The notes under the pieces: generated by a model
Database searches by the model: none
Told to the model about the DNA's origin: nothing
Seen by the model: only the letters and a program-made list of their open reading frames with translations
Source: Octopus bimaculoides
Lineage: Eukaryota
Length of the DNA: 64,000 nt
Assembly (NCBI RefSeq): GCF_001194135.2
Contig: NC_069000.1
Span: 25,238,643-25,302,642, forward strand
Direction of reading: 5' to 3'
Shown: one piece after another, positions 23,520 to 36,844 of the stretch
How the letters are laid out: every line of letters starts with the position of its first letter
How positions within the stretch are numbered: the stretch's first letter is position 1
Position numbers and translations under genes: made by a program

Positions 23520-23910
23520 TCTTAACATTTACTACTGTACGTATTTTAATATGATTTTATATGCTTTTATTCTTATTTATTGTACAGTAACATGATTTTA
23601 TGTACTTTTAACCGTCTTATTTTCTCTCTCTAACACTGCTTGCTCTCCACATCTAATCATTCCGCCTTTGAACTTCTCTGCATTATGTTCTGAAATGGAC
23701 GATCCTTTTCTATCCTGATGACAGAGGTTCAATTTATTCAACGTTGATTACTTCCATTATGGTTTTAAAAACTACATCTACCAACATTATGATGGATCTC
23801 CGAGCCTCCAGAAACAGCTGTTGAATTTATAACACCTTACTTTTCCCCTTTCATTGTCTCTGTCATTTGTACCCTGTTTAAGTTGGGTCTATTAATAGAA
23901 ATATTTATAT
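23520..23910 (+). mobile_element. Solo Penelope-type pLTR/3' UTR remnant
   Basis: T-rich UTR-like tract containing a hammerhead motif; no ORF seen, so the assignment is inference. Confidence 0.5.
23711..23826 (+). ncRNA. Hammerhead-like motif, same design as 4065-4172 (decayed)
   Basis: uauc-CUGAUGA-cagagguuc-(~70 nt)-gagccucca-GAAAC-AGCU-GUU^ga. The stem-III loop AGCU is palindromic; stems I and II are partly eroded. Confidence 0.62.
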
Positions 23911-24059
23911 ATTTATACTTAAATATTCATTGTCTGAAAGTCTTCACTCTTTGCTTTCTCTTGTTTTGCATGTATACATATATACGTATTTTGTATTTCA
24001 TACCCAAGCTGTTATATTTCATATTTTTTATTTGTTTATCCGCATAATTGCCTCTGCTC

Positions 24060-24225
24060 AACTTATCCCTCTTATCAGTTTCTGTCTGCCAAATCTATTC
24101 TCAAGGCTTTAGTGGGCCCGAGATTATAGTAGGAAACACTTGCCCAAGGTGTCACGCAGTGGGACTGGACTCGGAACAATGTGACTGGGAAGCAAACTTC
24201 TTACGACACAGCCATGCCTACGCCT
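24060..24225 (-). mobile_element. SINE family A head
   Basis: Homologous to 10650-10803. Confidence 0.85.
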
Positions 24226-25120
24226 ATATATATATATATNNNNNNNNNNNNNNNNNNNNNNNNNNNNNNNNNNNNNNNNNNNNNNNNNNNNNNNNNNNNN
24301 NNNNNNNNNNNNNNNNNNNNNNNNNNNNNNNNNNNNNNNNNNNNNNNNNNNNNNNNNNNNNNNNNNNNNNNNNNNNNNNNNNNNNNNNNNNNNNNNNNNN
24401 NNNNNNNNNNNNNNNNNNNNNNNNNNNNNNNNNNNNNNNNNNNNNNNNNNNNAGAGAGAGAGAATAGTAGAGAGAGAGAGAGAGAATAGTAGAGAGAGAG
24501 AGAGAGAGAGAGAGAGTAGTAGAGAGAGGGAGAGGGTGAGGGTGAGAGTGACGAACAGACACAGGCTACAAGGAAAGAAGAGCAAGAAGATTGTTGAGAG
24601 CGGATGTAGAATAAGAAACTCTAGTAAAAATGAAAATAAAGCTCTTATTTGACAAAAGTCACAATTTCCTAGACCTTCCCATTCATATCTGCTAAAACGA
24701 CAAAATTTAATAGAAAGAAAATATAAACAAGTTGAGCAACTGATCTGTCTGATCTTATGACACCAAAACACAGATTACTCATATACGGCGACCTTGAACA
24801 TTTCTTTTGCGCTAATTTATGTTAAATAATCGTCTGTTATATGGGCGTAGTAAAAATTCTAACTCAAGAAGTTTTCAATTATTTTAAGTCTCACCATCAT
24901 TAACCATCTAATTTGCAAAAAAGACAAAATTAAAATAATTGTGAGATAATATTTATGTTTGCCAAATATTTATCATAATGAAATCTGGTGCAACCAATTT
25001 AGGAAAACCGTGAACGAACAATCATTAGTATTGCAAATAACCGCTCGGCTAGTCTCATACACACACGCACACGCACACGCACACACGCACGCACGCACTC
25101 ACGCACGCATGCATGCACGC

Positions 25121-25207
<87 letters not shown>

Positions 25208-25254
25208 CAGAAAACAAGGACACATACATACATACATGTATACATACGTACGTA

Positions 25255-26245
25255 CGAAAATACATTTGGACTACTTGATTGGAAGCTTGATGAGATTCGA
25301 GCCATTAATGTGAAAACCTGGAAGATACTGACCGGCACAAATAATTTTCACATCAACAGCGGTGTAGACCGCCTCTACCGAAATAGAAAACAAGGAAGCT
25401 TAACATTGACCCATACTGCCTTTGAATGTCACATCATATCCCTTCGAAAACATCTTTTAATCACCAAGTGTCGAAGTGCCCCCCTCATCAAATTTGCATA
25501 GACGAGGCAGATAACATATTGAGACTTGGAAAGCCGTTCCTCGAGAAACACTCCTTGCGTGATAGCATTGTATACAAGCCCAAATAAGTTTCATGACTCT
25601 ACCGCAACGTATCATCAAATGAAAGGATAAGCGTAAATCAGATAAAGACCATGCACGGCTTTATTAACAGAAAGCTACGGGATAATAGTGACATTGATAT
25701 GGACCAACAACCGTATCACTAACTCTTACCCTGAAGAAAGTGCAATCCAGGAACAGGAAATAGCAACCAAATTCTTGGCGCACAAAACGGGCAGAGATAC
25801 AGGAAAAACGCCAAAATGTGAAAGCCGATGTAGATTTTGTGTAATTAACACCAAAGATATCACGTTCATCATGAGTAATTGTCCCAAAATGTTATCGCGT
25901 TATTATTCACTGATGAGACATGACGTTGTAGCCAAGCCAATACACTGTACAATGAGATCCGTCGGAAGGCAAATTCAAAGGCCAAAGACATAAGGACCCA
26001 CAGTTTGGTAGAGGGCATAGCCACCCATAGTATGAAAGTGCACTGATGGAATGCTGCAGTGAAAACCTCAATAAAATGGAAATATAACAGATATAACACA
26101 ACAGACATAACATAGTGATGTGGGACAAAGAGAAACTATGTACAGTAGTGGAAATCAGCGAAAAAGAAAACATCTGTGCTTGCTGAACTATTGAGAAATT
26201 TACAGCTACAGCTACCCGGATTACAAATTCAGATTTAGGCCACTA
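25255..26245 (+). mobile_element. R4/Dong-like RLE LINE, thumb to endonuclease (decayed)
   Basis: FGLLDWKLDEIRAINVKTWKILT...INSGVDRLYRNRKQG; AIQEQEIATK...CRFCVINTKDITFIMSNCPK...MRHDVVAK; DIVMWDKE. Confidence 0.88.
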
Positions 26246-26419
26246 GGATTTATAACGAACTTCTATAGGCATAAGAATACATACATAAAACATACAAATG
26301 CACTGATTCCTAATATTGCACATATACACGCAAATATGCACAAAATCTTTGTTGTTTAAAATTCCAATGACGGAGTCTTGAAGGACTCTTTTTTTATTTG
26401 CAAATCTGGAAAAAAAGTT

Positions 26420-26458
<39 letters not shown>

Positions 26459-26487
26459 GACAGACAGACAGACAAACAAACATATAA

Positions 26488-26520
<33 letters not shown>

Positions 26521-26539
26521 TATATATAAATAAGGTGGT

Positions 26540-29500
26540 TGTTTACTCCTCATGCAGAGTCTAACCACCTCATGTACCTACACCTTAGATCCATCATGGC
26601 GTCTGATGTGGCTTTTTAAACCAGACAATATATTGAAAACACACCCACATAGATTGCATATCTGATTTGGACCACCAAGAGCTGCAATTAAGTTCTCATC
26701 TTTGTGGATCTTAAAATGTCTTTTGAGAGCATGTATACATACAAAGGTATAGTCTGTCACAAACTGTACACACTAAAAGGTCACTGAGATTCACCTTCTC
26801 ATTCGCCACATTCTTCTTTAAATCTCTTTTGAGTCTTGCATGTGTCACCCTGGCCTCCTCAAAAGATTTCTCTCCATTCCACACATTTCTTCGTTTCTAT
26901 GGCCTTTGGAGCCATTCCAGGTGACTTCATGGTAGTTCATATGCCATCCTTAAACTTTTCTAGGTTTACATCGATTGTGTTTCCCCTCCATAAAACACCG
27001 ATTGTGTTTCCTCACCATAAAACAGCTGTTTGGGTGTGCGTTCATCCACCATTCGAGCGATATGGCCACACCATCTCATTTGATTTTTCTGAATCATTGA
27101 TTTAATTGAAGTGCTGCCTGGCAGACGCAAAGACATCTGTATTTGAAGTAAAAATGCCCCATTTAATGTTTAAAATGCGGTGAAGACATTTTTTTAATGT
27201 AGAATCGTTCCAACAGTTTGAAATGTCTTTCATCACACGTCCATGTTTCAGAAATATTCAACAGGGATGGTAAGACGAACGATTTGTAAAGAACCAATTT
27301 TGTGTTGTTATTTATATGTCGTTGGCGCCATCCCCGTGATTCAAAACTACCAAATGCTTGCGCTGCCCTTTGAATTCGCAGGTGTATTTCTGTGTCCAGA
27401 TTTCCATCATTTTGTATAGAGCTTCCGAAATAGATGAAAGAGTCTACAACCTCCAGTCACTTACCCTTAACGAAAGTTTTAGTGGGGTTGCAAACAGCAC
27501 CATGTGCAGGTTGATACATGACAACTGTTTTTTTCAAGTTGATGATCAAGCCAAAATCATTACAAGCTGAGTTAAATGCAGATACAAGAGATTGCAGGCC
27601 CATATCAGAGTGACTGACTAAATCGCAATCGTCAGGGTATAAGAATTCTCTAATGAGTGAAGTTTGTTTTGAATTTCAGTCTAGTCAGTTTAAAAACATT
27701 CCCTATTGTTTGATATTTTATATAAATATCCTCCTCAGAGTTTTGAAAAGCGTGTGACAGTACATCAGCAAACTATATTGCAAAGAGGGTGGGTGCATCA
27801 AGGTCGCCTTGCTTTACTCAATTTTCCATGGCAAAAGATTCAGAAATCCGACCATCAAGATTAACTCTAACCTTCGTATCTTGATGTAAAGCCCTGGTCA
27901 TGTTTACAATTTTTTTCTGGGTAACCTATTTTCCTTAGTATTAGTCAAAGCGTATTTCGATTAACAGTAACGAATACCTTAATACCTTGATTAAATCAAC
28001 AAAGCAATGTTATAGAGCAAGATTCTGTTCAATGAACTTTTCCTGAAATTCTCTAATAGTAAAGATACAATCAACTGTGCCTCTGGAGGAGCGAAAACCA
28101 CATTGAGACTCAGACACCATATCTGGAACAATGAAGGTATTTAAGCGCTCTAACAGAATGCGGGCAAGTACTTTTCCAATTACAGACGAAAGTGAAATCC
28201 CACGAAAATTACACAGATCCTTTGACCCCGATTTATACAAGGAGACTAAAATGACATCAATCCAGTCTTGAGACACTTCCTCAGTTCTCCAACAGAGACA
28301 AATTAATATATTTAATAGTTCAAACATTTTTTTCACTACCATATTTCAAGACCTCTGCACAGATTTCATCAGACCATGGAGACTTATTGTTATTCAGCTT
28401 ATTCATAGCGAAATAAATATCATTTAGAGTTGGTTCAAATGCCATATCCCTTAGAACTGGAAGGTGTTCGATTTTTTCTATCATCCTCATACAAACGGAT
28501 GATGGCCTATTCAAAAGTGCAGAAAAATATTTTATCTAGCGCTTATGGTTAGAAGCGGTGTTAATCAAAAGCAAACGTCCATTTCCTGTTCTCACTGGAG
28601 CTATTGAAGATTTGGGGTCATATACCTCCTTGACATAAGAGTACAAACTCTAGGCATCATTTCTATCAGCTGCTTCATGCGCCCATTTTGTTCTGTCACT
28701 CCACCATTCCTGTTTAATTTTCCTAAGAGCAGTCTGCACTTTCCATTTCAGCTTTCTGTAAGCTTCGTTTGAGTTGGGGTTGAAAGACTGAGAAAGAAGT
28801 GCATTGCCTAAGTTTTGTTTTTCTGAAAGTAGATCATGAATTTCTGGTGATTTGTCTGAAAACCAGTCACTGGACTTGCGCGATTTAAATCCAACCGAAG
28901 AACTTGCAGCCGGAAATACTTTCGCTTTGAAATCTTCCCATAAATTGTTTGGATCAAGATTGATACTTTCTATAGCATCGTGGAATCTTTGTAAGTTGCT
29001 TGGAAATCTGAAGTTTCCAACGTTTAACTTTTTGGCTACCTAAGGACCAGACAGTCGACTTTTAGACATTCCACGCACTAGAAGATGGTCAGTCTAGCTC
29101 TCTGCTCCTCTCAGATGGTTTTATACTTATTTCTCTGTTTAAACAGTATTGGTAACAACCAAATTATTCTCAGTACAAAGCGTCAAAAGAGCTACTCCAC
29201 TTTTATTACATTTTCCAATCTCATGTCTGCCACGAAATGTAGTCATTTCCAACTCTTGCGTTGAAATCTCCCAATATGACCAGCTTGTTAGAAATTGGTA
29301 CTTTCCTCAATAGTTGTACTAGATCATCATAAAACTGTCCTACAGCTTCATCAAAATGAGACATTGTTGGTTTATAAATACTGACAACGGTAAGAAACCC
29401 ATCTTTTGTCAGTTTTATGCGGCATGACATAGTTCGTTGAGATATACCACTTGGAAATTCTGCAATGAAGGATACTAATGAATTCTTGAGAGAAAACCCA

Positions 29501-29860
29501 ACAACAGATTCTCTATGCTGACCTTCAGGTAGGTCTCTCCAGAAGATAGTATATCCATAAGTAGGTTCATTTGACCCTCACCGCAGAGTTTCAGAGAGCG
29601 TAACTATATCAAGAAAATATTTCTTAAGTTCACATGCAATAAATGCCGTACGCCTTTCTGGTCTCTTGTTGAAATTAGTGTGCGCACATTCCAACAGCCA
29701 AAAATTCAGAGGATGTTTATTTATTCTTCTTCTTGAAAATTGTTTGACCACAGTGGCAGAATGACGACCGGGCCCAGCCTGTGGCACATTGGGACACCTA
29801 CCGAGCCAGACTGTTCCCCTGACATTCCCAAGCCTTTTTTTTGCTATTTACTGAATCTGA
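26540..29860 (-). mobile_element. Near full-length RTE LINE (APE endonuclease + RT + C-terminal C2H2-like motif), with frameshifts and stops
   Basis: RPERRTAFIACELKKYFLDIVTLSET; LVILGDFNARVG; WIDVILVSLYKSGSK...FRGISLSSVIGKVLARILLERL...ESQCGFRSSRGTVDCIF; YPDDCDLV; CNLCGCVFNILSGLKSHIRRH. Confidence 0.95.
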
Positions 29861-30363
29861 GACATTTTACAGTAGGTTGAAAGTGCATTTTTAGGTTTCT
29901 GCCAACCAATTCAATCATTTACTAAGATTTGGTGTACAAGAAGTACCTGTGCAAATGAATAATTTTCAGTGGGTATAGCTTGCACTGCACTAACCCCACC
30001 TATAGGGCTAAGAAGACTTTCGCCGGTATGATATGAGAACATTCGCCGGTATGACATATATAAATATATATGTATAATTAAGATTCAGTTGAATTAGGTA
30101 CTTAAATTGAGGCACCTTGATAGTTCAGTATAGTTCGCACACCTCAACAATATTATGGGAATATTGAATATCAAGACTCTGTGTAGGAGTGTTTGTACAT
30201 CATATTCATGTCGTGAATATCTCCGCTCTTGGTAATTCAGATATGTACTTTTTATATAAAGGTACTTTCTATAGTATTTCCGAAGTGCAAATTCCCAGTT
30301 TGGTGAACAGAATATAAATAAGTAACAAAGCCGTAATGAATTGACACCTGTACGTCTTTGCTA

Positions 30364-30403
<40 letters not shown>

Positions 30404-30974
30404 AGACATCTGTATTTTCATAGTTTGCCAAGGTGAAGGTAGTGCTTCGTTTGTCACTTGAAGCCATTTCATTGAGTTTATATGACTGGAAGAACAGGAG
30501 GGAATCTTCTGTCACTCTCGACGATGAGCATTCCTGGAATTCGAACTTATTCATTGAATTACAGTGTAAAGTGGAATCCCCAAACAAAATCAGCATAACA
30601 CTGATTAGGTCCCGTCCCTCCGACAGGGTAAACCTACAGTTTCCGCCAAACTTAATACCACCCACGTAACTTGGGGCGAACGAAGGCTATGCTTCAATTC
30701 GAAACCTGGAACTACTTGATTGCGAAGCGAATGGCCTTCAAAGCTTAGCCCTTCTTGCGACNNNNNNNNNNNNNNNNNNNNNNNNNNNNNNNNNNNNNNN
30801 NNNNNNNNNNNNNNNNNNNNNNNNNNNNNNNNNNNNNNNNNNNNNNNTGCGACCTGATAAGCAAATGGCAACTGCAAAAAAACATAAGCATTAGAGTATA
30901 TTGTTACACTTCAGAATAAACCTTGTGCGCAGTAATAAAACACACACGCACACACACATATACACGCACGCACG

Positions 30975-31026
<52 letters not shown>

Positions 31027-31829
31027 TTTATGGCTGACATTTCATTATTTTCTTTCGCGGTATTATTATAGGGGCAGGATTTGTAATTTTAATCCCATCC
31101 AGTGGCTATCAGTAATTATATTAGTGCGCATCATAAGTGCATATATGCGTATACGTATGAGTGCGTTATGTTGGAGACTGTGAATATGTGCGTACGTGTG
31201 TGTGTGTTTATGCATGTGTGTATTTTTGTGAGTGTGTGTATATAAATACATACACTCATATATATGCGTATGTGAAGGCTACGTATATATACACACATAC
31301 AAACACAAACATACATATGTATGTATATGAATGTATATGTGTTTATGTGTACAGTTCATGTGATGCAAGTTAGAAATTAGGTGATATCTCCACGTAAATT
31401 GCTAACATACCAAACACAATTGTCCGACATTTAACAACAAATTCTTCCATCATGACTACCTCACCTGACGCACACCACTGGCACAATGAAAGGTTACAAA
31501 GTAAAATAATTGTGCAATCACTATCATCGCTGTTGACGTCGTCGTAATTAGAGTAACTACAGTTGTTGTTGTTGTTGTTTACTCCCTGGGCAGCCCAAGG
31601 CAGTAATGATTGAGTGGACGTATGGCCAAAAAAATCCTAGAAGTGACCGTTATTTTTCCATTTTGTACTGTGAGCTCGTCATTAATCAATGTGTCTTTTC
31701 CTAAAATGGCTGGGGTTGAATTTGAATGAGATTTGGGGATGCTATTTCTAGCAAGTTGCGCTGCCACGTATAAGCGTTTACGTTGGCTTGAGTAGTAGTA
31801 GTTAAGAAAACAATTCTTACATTCGTTTG

Positions 31830-32560
31830 TTAAAACTTCCGGTGGGTCGATTTTTATAATTGACTCAGCCGACAGCCGTACTCTTCTTTCGCCGGACAAC
31901 AGGTGTTCAGCATAAATCTAGATATCTTCGGACACTGGACAATAGCGTGAGGGAGGGTCTCCATGTCTCCCCTGCATCTTAGACAGGTCGGAAACTGACG
32001 CTTACTATGCCTTGCGAGCTTATCCCAATCGTGCAAGGCACCTCTGTAACATTGCCAGTTCAAGGACTTTTGGAAGTTGTCCAACGTTCTCAACCCCTAA
32101 TATACGATGGAACGGGCTGTCCAGTTGAATATACCCGAGACCTAGAGTTGCCCCCAGGCCATCGTCGCATTCAGACTCTACCAACCCACTACATAAAATT
32201 CGTGTAGAGCGCCGGAATAGCAGGAGGACCTTACGGTACTCTTTATGCTGTTCACTCGACCTCGGTCTACGAAACCACCAGGTTTCTTGTTCGCAAAAGC
32301 TTTTGAACTCGGGAAACATTTGTCTGGCCAGCGGAGACCAAATCAGTTAACCATCCAGGAGAATCCAGAGATGTCTCAACCTCAACGCATACCTGCGCAT
32401 CATTAACCAAGGCATCTCTAAACCTCCCTTTAACGGCTTTCGACAACAGACAGAGCGTTTCACAAGTGGTGACCTGCCCTTCCGCAAAAAGCGAAAGAGC
32501 TGTCTCTCCAACCTGATCAACCACGAATCCAGACAGCGCACGACGGTCAGGCTTTTCTCA
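31830..32560 (-). mobile_element. Tx1/L1-clade LINE C-terminal fragment
   Basis: RLERQLFRFLRKGRSPLVKRSVCCRKPLKGGLEMP; WQCYRGAL...TCLRCRGDMETLPHAIVQCP. Confidence 0.88.
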
Positions 32561-32634
32561 TTGTAAACACTTTCCTCTATGTATATATTTCCACGCTCTC
32601 TATCACTCTCTGTAAATGCATATCACCTACACTG

Positions 32635-32686
<52 letters not shown>

Positions 32687-32689
32687 GAA

Positions 32690-33480
32690 CTTTGGGTATA
32701 CACCTGTTAGTGTACCGATTAAAGCACTTTCACTGTCTGTGGCTACCCGATATCAAGCACAGTTTTAATGTAAATGTCACAAGATTTATTTCAGGAATTC
32801 CGGAGTGTTCTTTGACTATATTACAAATGAACGAAGCAGAAAATGAAATTCCCGAGAATATTTTTATAAAGATTCTCATGAATACAATTTGCAATGAAAG
32901 GCCTTCAAACCATGCCTTCGAGCTAAACATGTAGGAGTGGGATATGTGTGTGGATGAAGGGGGTATCAATGAAGGGAGAAGGTGGTAGGAGTGAAGAGAA
33001 GAAGTAGGTGTCAGATGAAGAGAGGAGAGGAGGGGAATCAAATGAAGAGGAGAGGGGAGTTGAGCCCATGTGGCACAAAGGAGTGAAGAGAAGATTAATT
33101 CTTTTTCACGGTGAAGGCGGGGTCCGGATGGCACCTGTACAAAGACAATCCGAACAGAGACAGGAATGAATGACCGGTAAAGCGGAAATGGCGCGAGAAC
33201 GGGGTGTCGTTACCGAGTCTAACGTCGCGGAGGTACTCCGCGAACCGGTCAGCCAAGTGGCGTCCCGTTTGACCGATGTACAGAGGACAGAAAGAGCAAG
33301 TGATGCAGTAAATGACATTGCTAGAAGTGCAGGTAAAGGAGTCTGATATGGTAGGGACGATGATGGGTGTCTGTGAGGATCGTGGTATTGGAGAGGTAGG
33401 GGCAAGTGCGGAAGCGTGGTCAGGAGTAGAGGAACGAGCCAAGTTGGGAAGTGGGGTTAGGGAAGAAACTGTGGGCCAGG
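32690..33480 (-). mobile_element. Penelope-like element 3' end (GIY-YIG + pyrimidine-rich 3' UTR)
   Basis: ISDSFTCTSSNVIYCITCSFCPLYIGQTGRHLADRFAEYLRDVR...FSRHF. Confidence 0.93.
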
Positions 33481-34399
33481 AGGTTACGTAGGTTGTGAGC
33501 TCATTTNNNNNNNNNNNNNNNNNNNNNNNNNNNNNNNNNNNNNNNNNNNNNNNNNNNNNNNNNNNNNNNNNNNNNNNNNNNNNNNNNNNNNNNNNNNNNN
33601 NNNNNNNNNNNNNNNNNNNNNNNNNNNNNNNNNNNNNNNNNNNNNNNNNNNNNNNNNNNNNNNNNNNNNNNNNNNNNNNNNNNNNNNNNNNNNNNNNNNN
33701 NNNNNNNNNNNNNNNNNNNNNNNNNNNNNNNNNNNNNNNNNNNNNNNNNNNNNNNNNNNNNNNNNNNNNNNNNNNNNNNNNNNNNNNNNNNNNNNNNNNN
33801 NNNNNNNNNNNNNNNNNNNNNNNNNNNNNNNNNNNNNNNNNNNNNNNNNNNNNNNNNNNNNNNNNNNNNNNNNNNNNNNNNNNNNNNNNNNNNNNNNNNN
33901 NNNNNNNNNNNNNNNNNNNNNNNNNNNNNNNNNNNNNNNNNNNNNNNNNNNNNNNNNNNNNNNNNNNNNNNNNNNNNNNNNNNNNNNNNNNNNNNNNNNN
34001 NNNNNNNNNNNNNNNNNNNNNNNNNNNNNNNNNNNNNNNNNNNNNNNNNNNNNNNNNNNNNNNNNNNNNNNNNNNNNNNNNNNNNNNNNNNNNNNNNNNN
34101 NNNNNNNNNNNNNNNNNNNNNNNNNNNNNNNNNNNNNNNNNNNNNNNNNNNNNNNNNNNNNNNNNNNNNNNNNNNNNNNNNNNNNNNNNNNNNNNNNNNN
34201 NNNNNNNNNNNNNNNNNNNNNNNNNNNNNNNNNNNNNNNNNNNNNNNNNNNNNNNNNNNNNNNNNNNNNNNNNNNNNNNNNNNNNNNNNNNNNNNNNNNN
34301 NNNNNNNNNNNNNNNNNNNNNNNNNNNNNNNNNNNNNNNNNNNNNNNNNNNNNNNNNNNNNNNNNNNNNNNNNNNNNNNNNNNNNNNNNNNNNNNNNNN

Positions 34400-34739
34400 T
34401 CAGATTTATCATCGCATTGTCTCTCTACTACCTCTGTCAAATGAATCACCAAAATTGGCCTTTCATTATTTATAATCTGTACCTGTTTGTTTGGTTACGA
34501 AATAAAATACACAAAACGTGTTTCTGAATTACGTGTATTTACTTTATATACATATGAGTTGAAAACTTTCTTCTAGCATTCCACTTAATATCTATGTTCC
34601 ATGCTGGCATGGATTGGAGAGTTATTAATGTAGAAATATGGTATCGTAGCTACTAACAGTTGAGGGTTGCGTAGTCTAGACGGCGTTTTTAGATTTCATT
34701 ATTCTCTTTAACCCGGGCAACGCCGGGTATTTCTGCTAG
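34400..34739 (+). mobile_element. Helitron 3' terminus
   Basis: aacccgggcaacgccgggtatttctgCTAG|T is a GC hairpin followed by CTAG-T. The 5' boundary is unknown (gap). Confidence 0.75.
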
Positions 34740-35600
34740 TCTTTAATAAATAATGGAATCAAATGATCTAAGGAAATAGACATAAAAACATTAAGGGAAG
34801 TCAACCGAAATACTAAACCAGACTTAAAAATACTCCCATACATCTCCACACATAACCCTAGAAACAACGAAGCCTTTAACGTTATCATCCAAAATCTACA
34901 CATCCTCACAAGAGATAAAACAATGAACAAAATTTTAGACTCAAACAAAATTATCAAAAGTAAAATGCAACCTAAATCACTGAAACAAATATTAACCAGC
35001 GCAAGACTGTATCCATTAACAACAGAACCAAAAGTGAAAAAGTGTGGTACTTGCCCCCATCTTTTGGAGGGTTCAGAGTTCCACTTTAAACAAGGTAAAA
35101 TATTTAAGAATGAATCAAATTTTACCTGTGCTTCGGAAAATCTAATCTATGCCATTACATGCTTAGGGTGTAGTAATAATTATATTGGCCAAACAAGAAT
35201 ATCACTCCGTAGAAGAACCACTCTCCACAAAGAACAAATCCGCCACCCACATTACAGACAGATATAGGTCAGTGGACACATAGAAAGGTGTGCGAGGAAT
35301 CTTAATCCTAATTTCCTAATTTTTCCCTTCTATTAATGTTCGCAGAACACCTCAACACAACAAAGAATGAATAAAAAGGCAATTTTCATCAATAAATATC
35401 TTCCTCCACTAAATATGAACACATAACATATAGAACACTACTAATCTTCCATTTAATACCACTAACCCCCATACATCCCATACACCATTCACATTACAGA
35501 TCTCGATCTACCCTAATTGCACCAAATCCAGAACTACTTACCTCCCTTACACATAATCTTTTTACTAAGGAACTAATATGTGCATTTTTCTGCTTACTTT
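34740..35600 (+). mobile_element. Penelope-like element, linker + GIY-YIG + UTR
   Basis: KSKMQPKSLKQILTSARL...KCGTCPHL...FTCASENLIYAITCLGCSNNYIGQTRISLRRRTTLHKEQIRHP. Confidence 0.93.
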
Positions 35601-35672
35601 CCCCTTACATTTCCACGTGTAGTTTCTATTTTGCTTTTATAACATATTTCTATTATATTGTTTTGTTTGTTG

Positions 35673-35797
35673 GCACTCCGTCGCTTACGATGTCGAGGGT
35701 TCCAGTTGATCCGATCAACGGAACAGCCTGCTTGTGAAATTAACGTGCAAGTGGCTGAGCACTCCACAGACACGTGTACCCTTAACGTAGTTCTCAT
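35673..35797 (-). mobile_element. SINE family C 3' part
   Basis: gcactccgtcgcttacgatgtcgagggttccagttgatccgatcaacggaacagcctgc matches 16620-16690. Confidence 0.82.
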
Positions 35798-35799
35798 AT

Positions 35800-35942
35800 A
35801 ATGGCCCAGTGGTTAGGGCAGCGGACACACGGTCATAGGATCGCGGTTTCGATTCCCAGACCGGGCGTTGTGAGTGTTTATTGAGCAAAAACACCTAAAA
35901 GCTCCACGAGGCTCCGGCAGGGGATGGTGGCGAACCCTGCTG
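35800..35942 (+). mobile_element. tRNA-derived SINE head (another family)
   Basis: A box tggcccagtgg, B box ggtttcgattccc; no complete cloverleaf. Confidence 0.78.
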
Positions 35943-36780
35943 NNNNNNNNNNNNNNNNNNNNNNNNNNNNNNNNNNNNNNNNNNNNNNNNNNNNNNNNNN
36001 NNNNNNNNNNNNNNNNNNNNNNNNNNNNNNNNNNNNNNNNNNNNNNNNNNNNNNNNNNNNNNNNNNNNNNNNNNNNNNNNNNNNNNNNNNNNNNNNNNNN
36101 NNNNNNNNNNNNNNNNNNNNNNNNNNNNNNNNNNNNNNNNNNNNNNNNNNNNNNNNNNNNNNNNNNNNNNNNNNNNNNNNNNNNNNNNNNNNNNNNNNNN
36201 NNNNNNNNNNNNNNNNNNNNNNNNNNNNNNNNNNNNNNNNNNNNNNNNNNNNNNNNNNNNNNNNNNNNNNNNNNNNNNNNNNNNNNNNNNNNNNNNNNNN
36301 NNNNNNNNNNNNNNNNNNNNNNNNNNNNNNNNNNNNNNNNNNNNNNNNNNNNNNNNNNNNNNNNNNNNNNNNNNNNNNNNNNNNNNNNNNNNNNNNNNNN
36401 NNNNNNNNNNNNNNNNNNNNNNNNNNNNNNNNNNNNNNNNATATATATATATATAATGTTTTTAACGCAAAATAATATTATTAGATTCTCCAGCTGTTGT
36501 ATCAATATGAATAGCTTACAATAAAGTTTCAACGGAGATAGATTAGGAAAATTGATTAAGAGGGGAGGATTGCAATAAAAGCGTGGGGTGGGGGTAATCT
36601 TAAAAATTAATAACAATGCGATATATACATTGTTTAACTCAATCCTGGCAATTTAAATGTTTAACACAATCCTGGCAACTAGTACACACACACATAGACA
36701 CACACGCACACACACACACACACATACATACATACATACGTACATATACGATGTATAAATATACTTTTTCNNNNNNNNNN

Positions 36781-36844
<64 letters not shown>

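Noticed and set aside
32890-32940. Possible hammerhead in the PLE 3' UTR (ctcgaaggcatggtt on minus)
   Set aside because: The CUGANGA box is absent and GAAA is mutated; too decayed to call.
35800-35880. tRNA gene
   Set aside because: It has A/B boxes but no acceptor stem or cloverleaf and continues into a SINE body.
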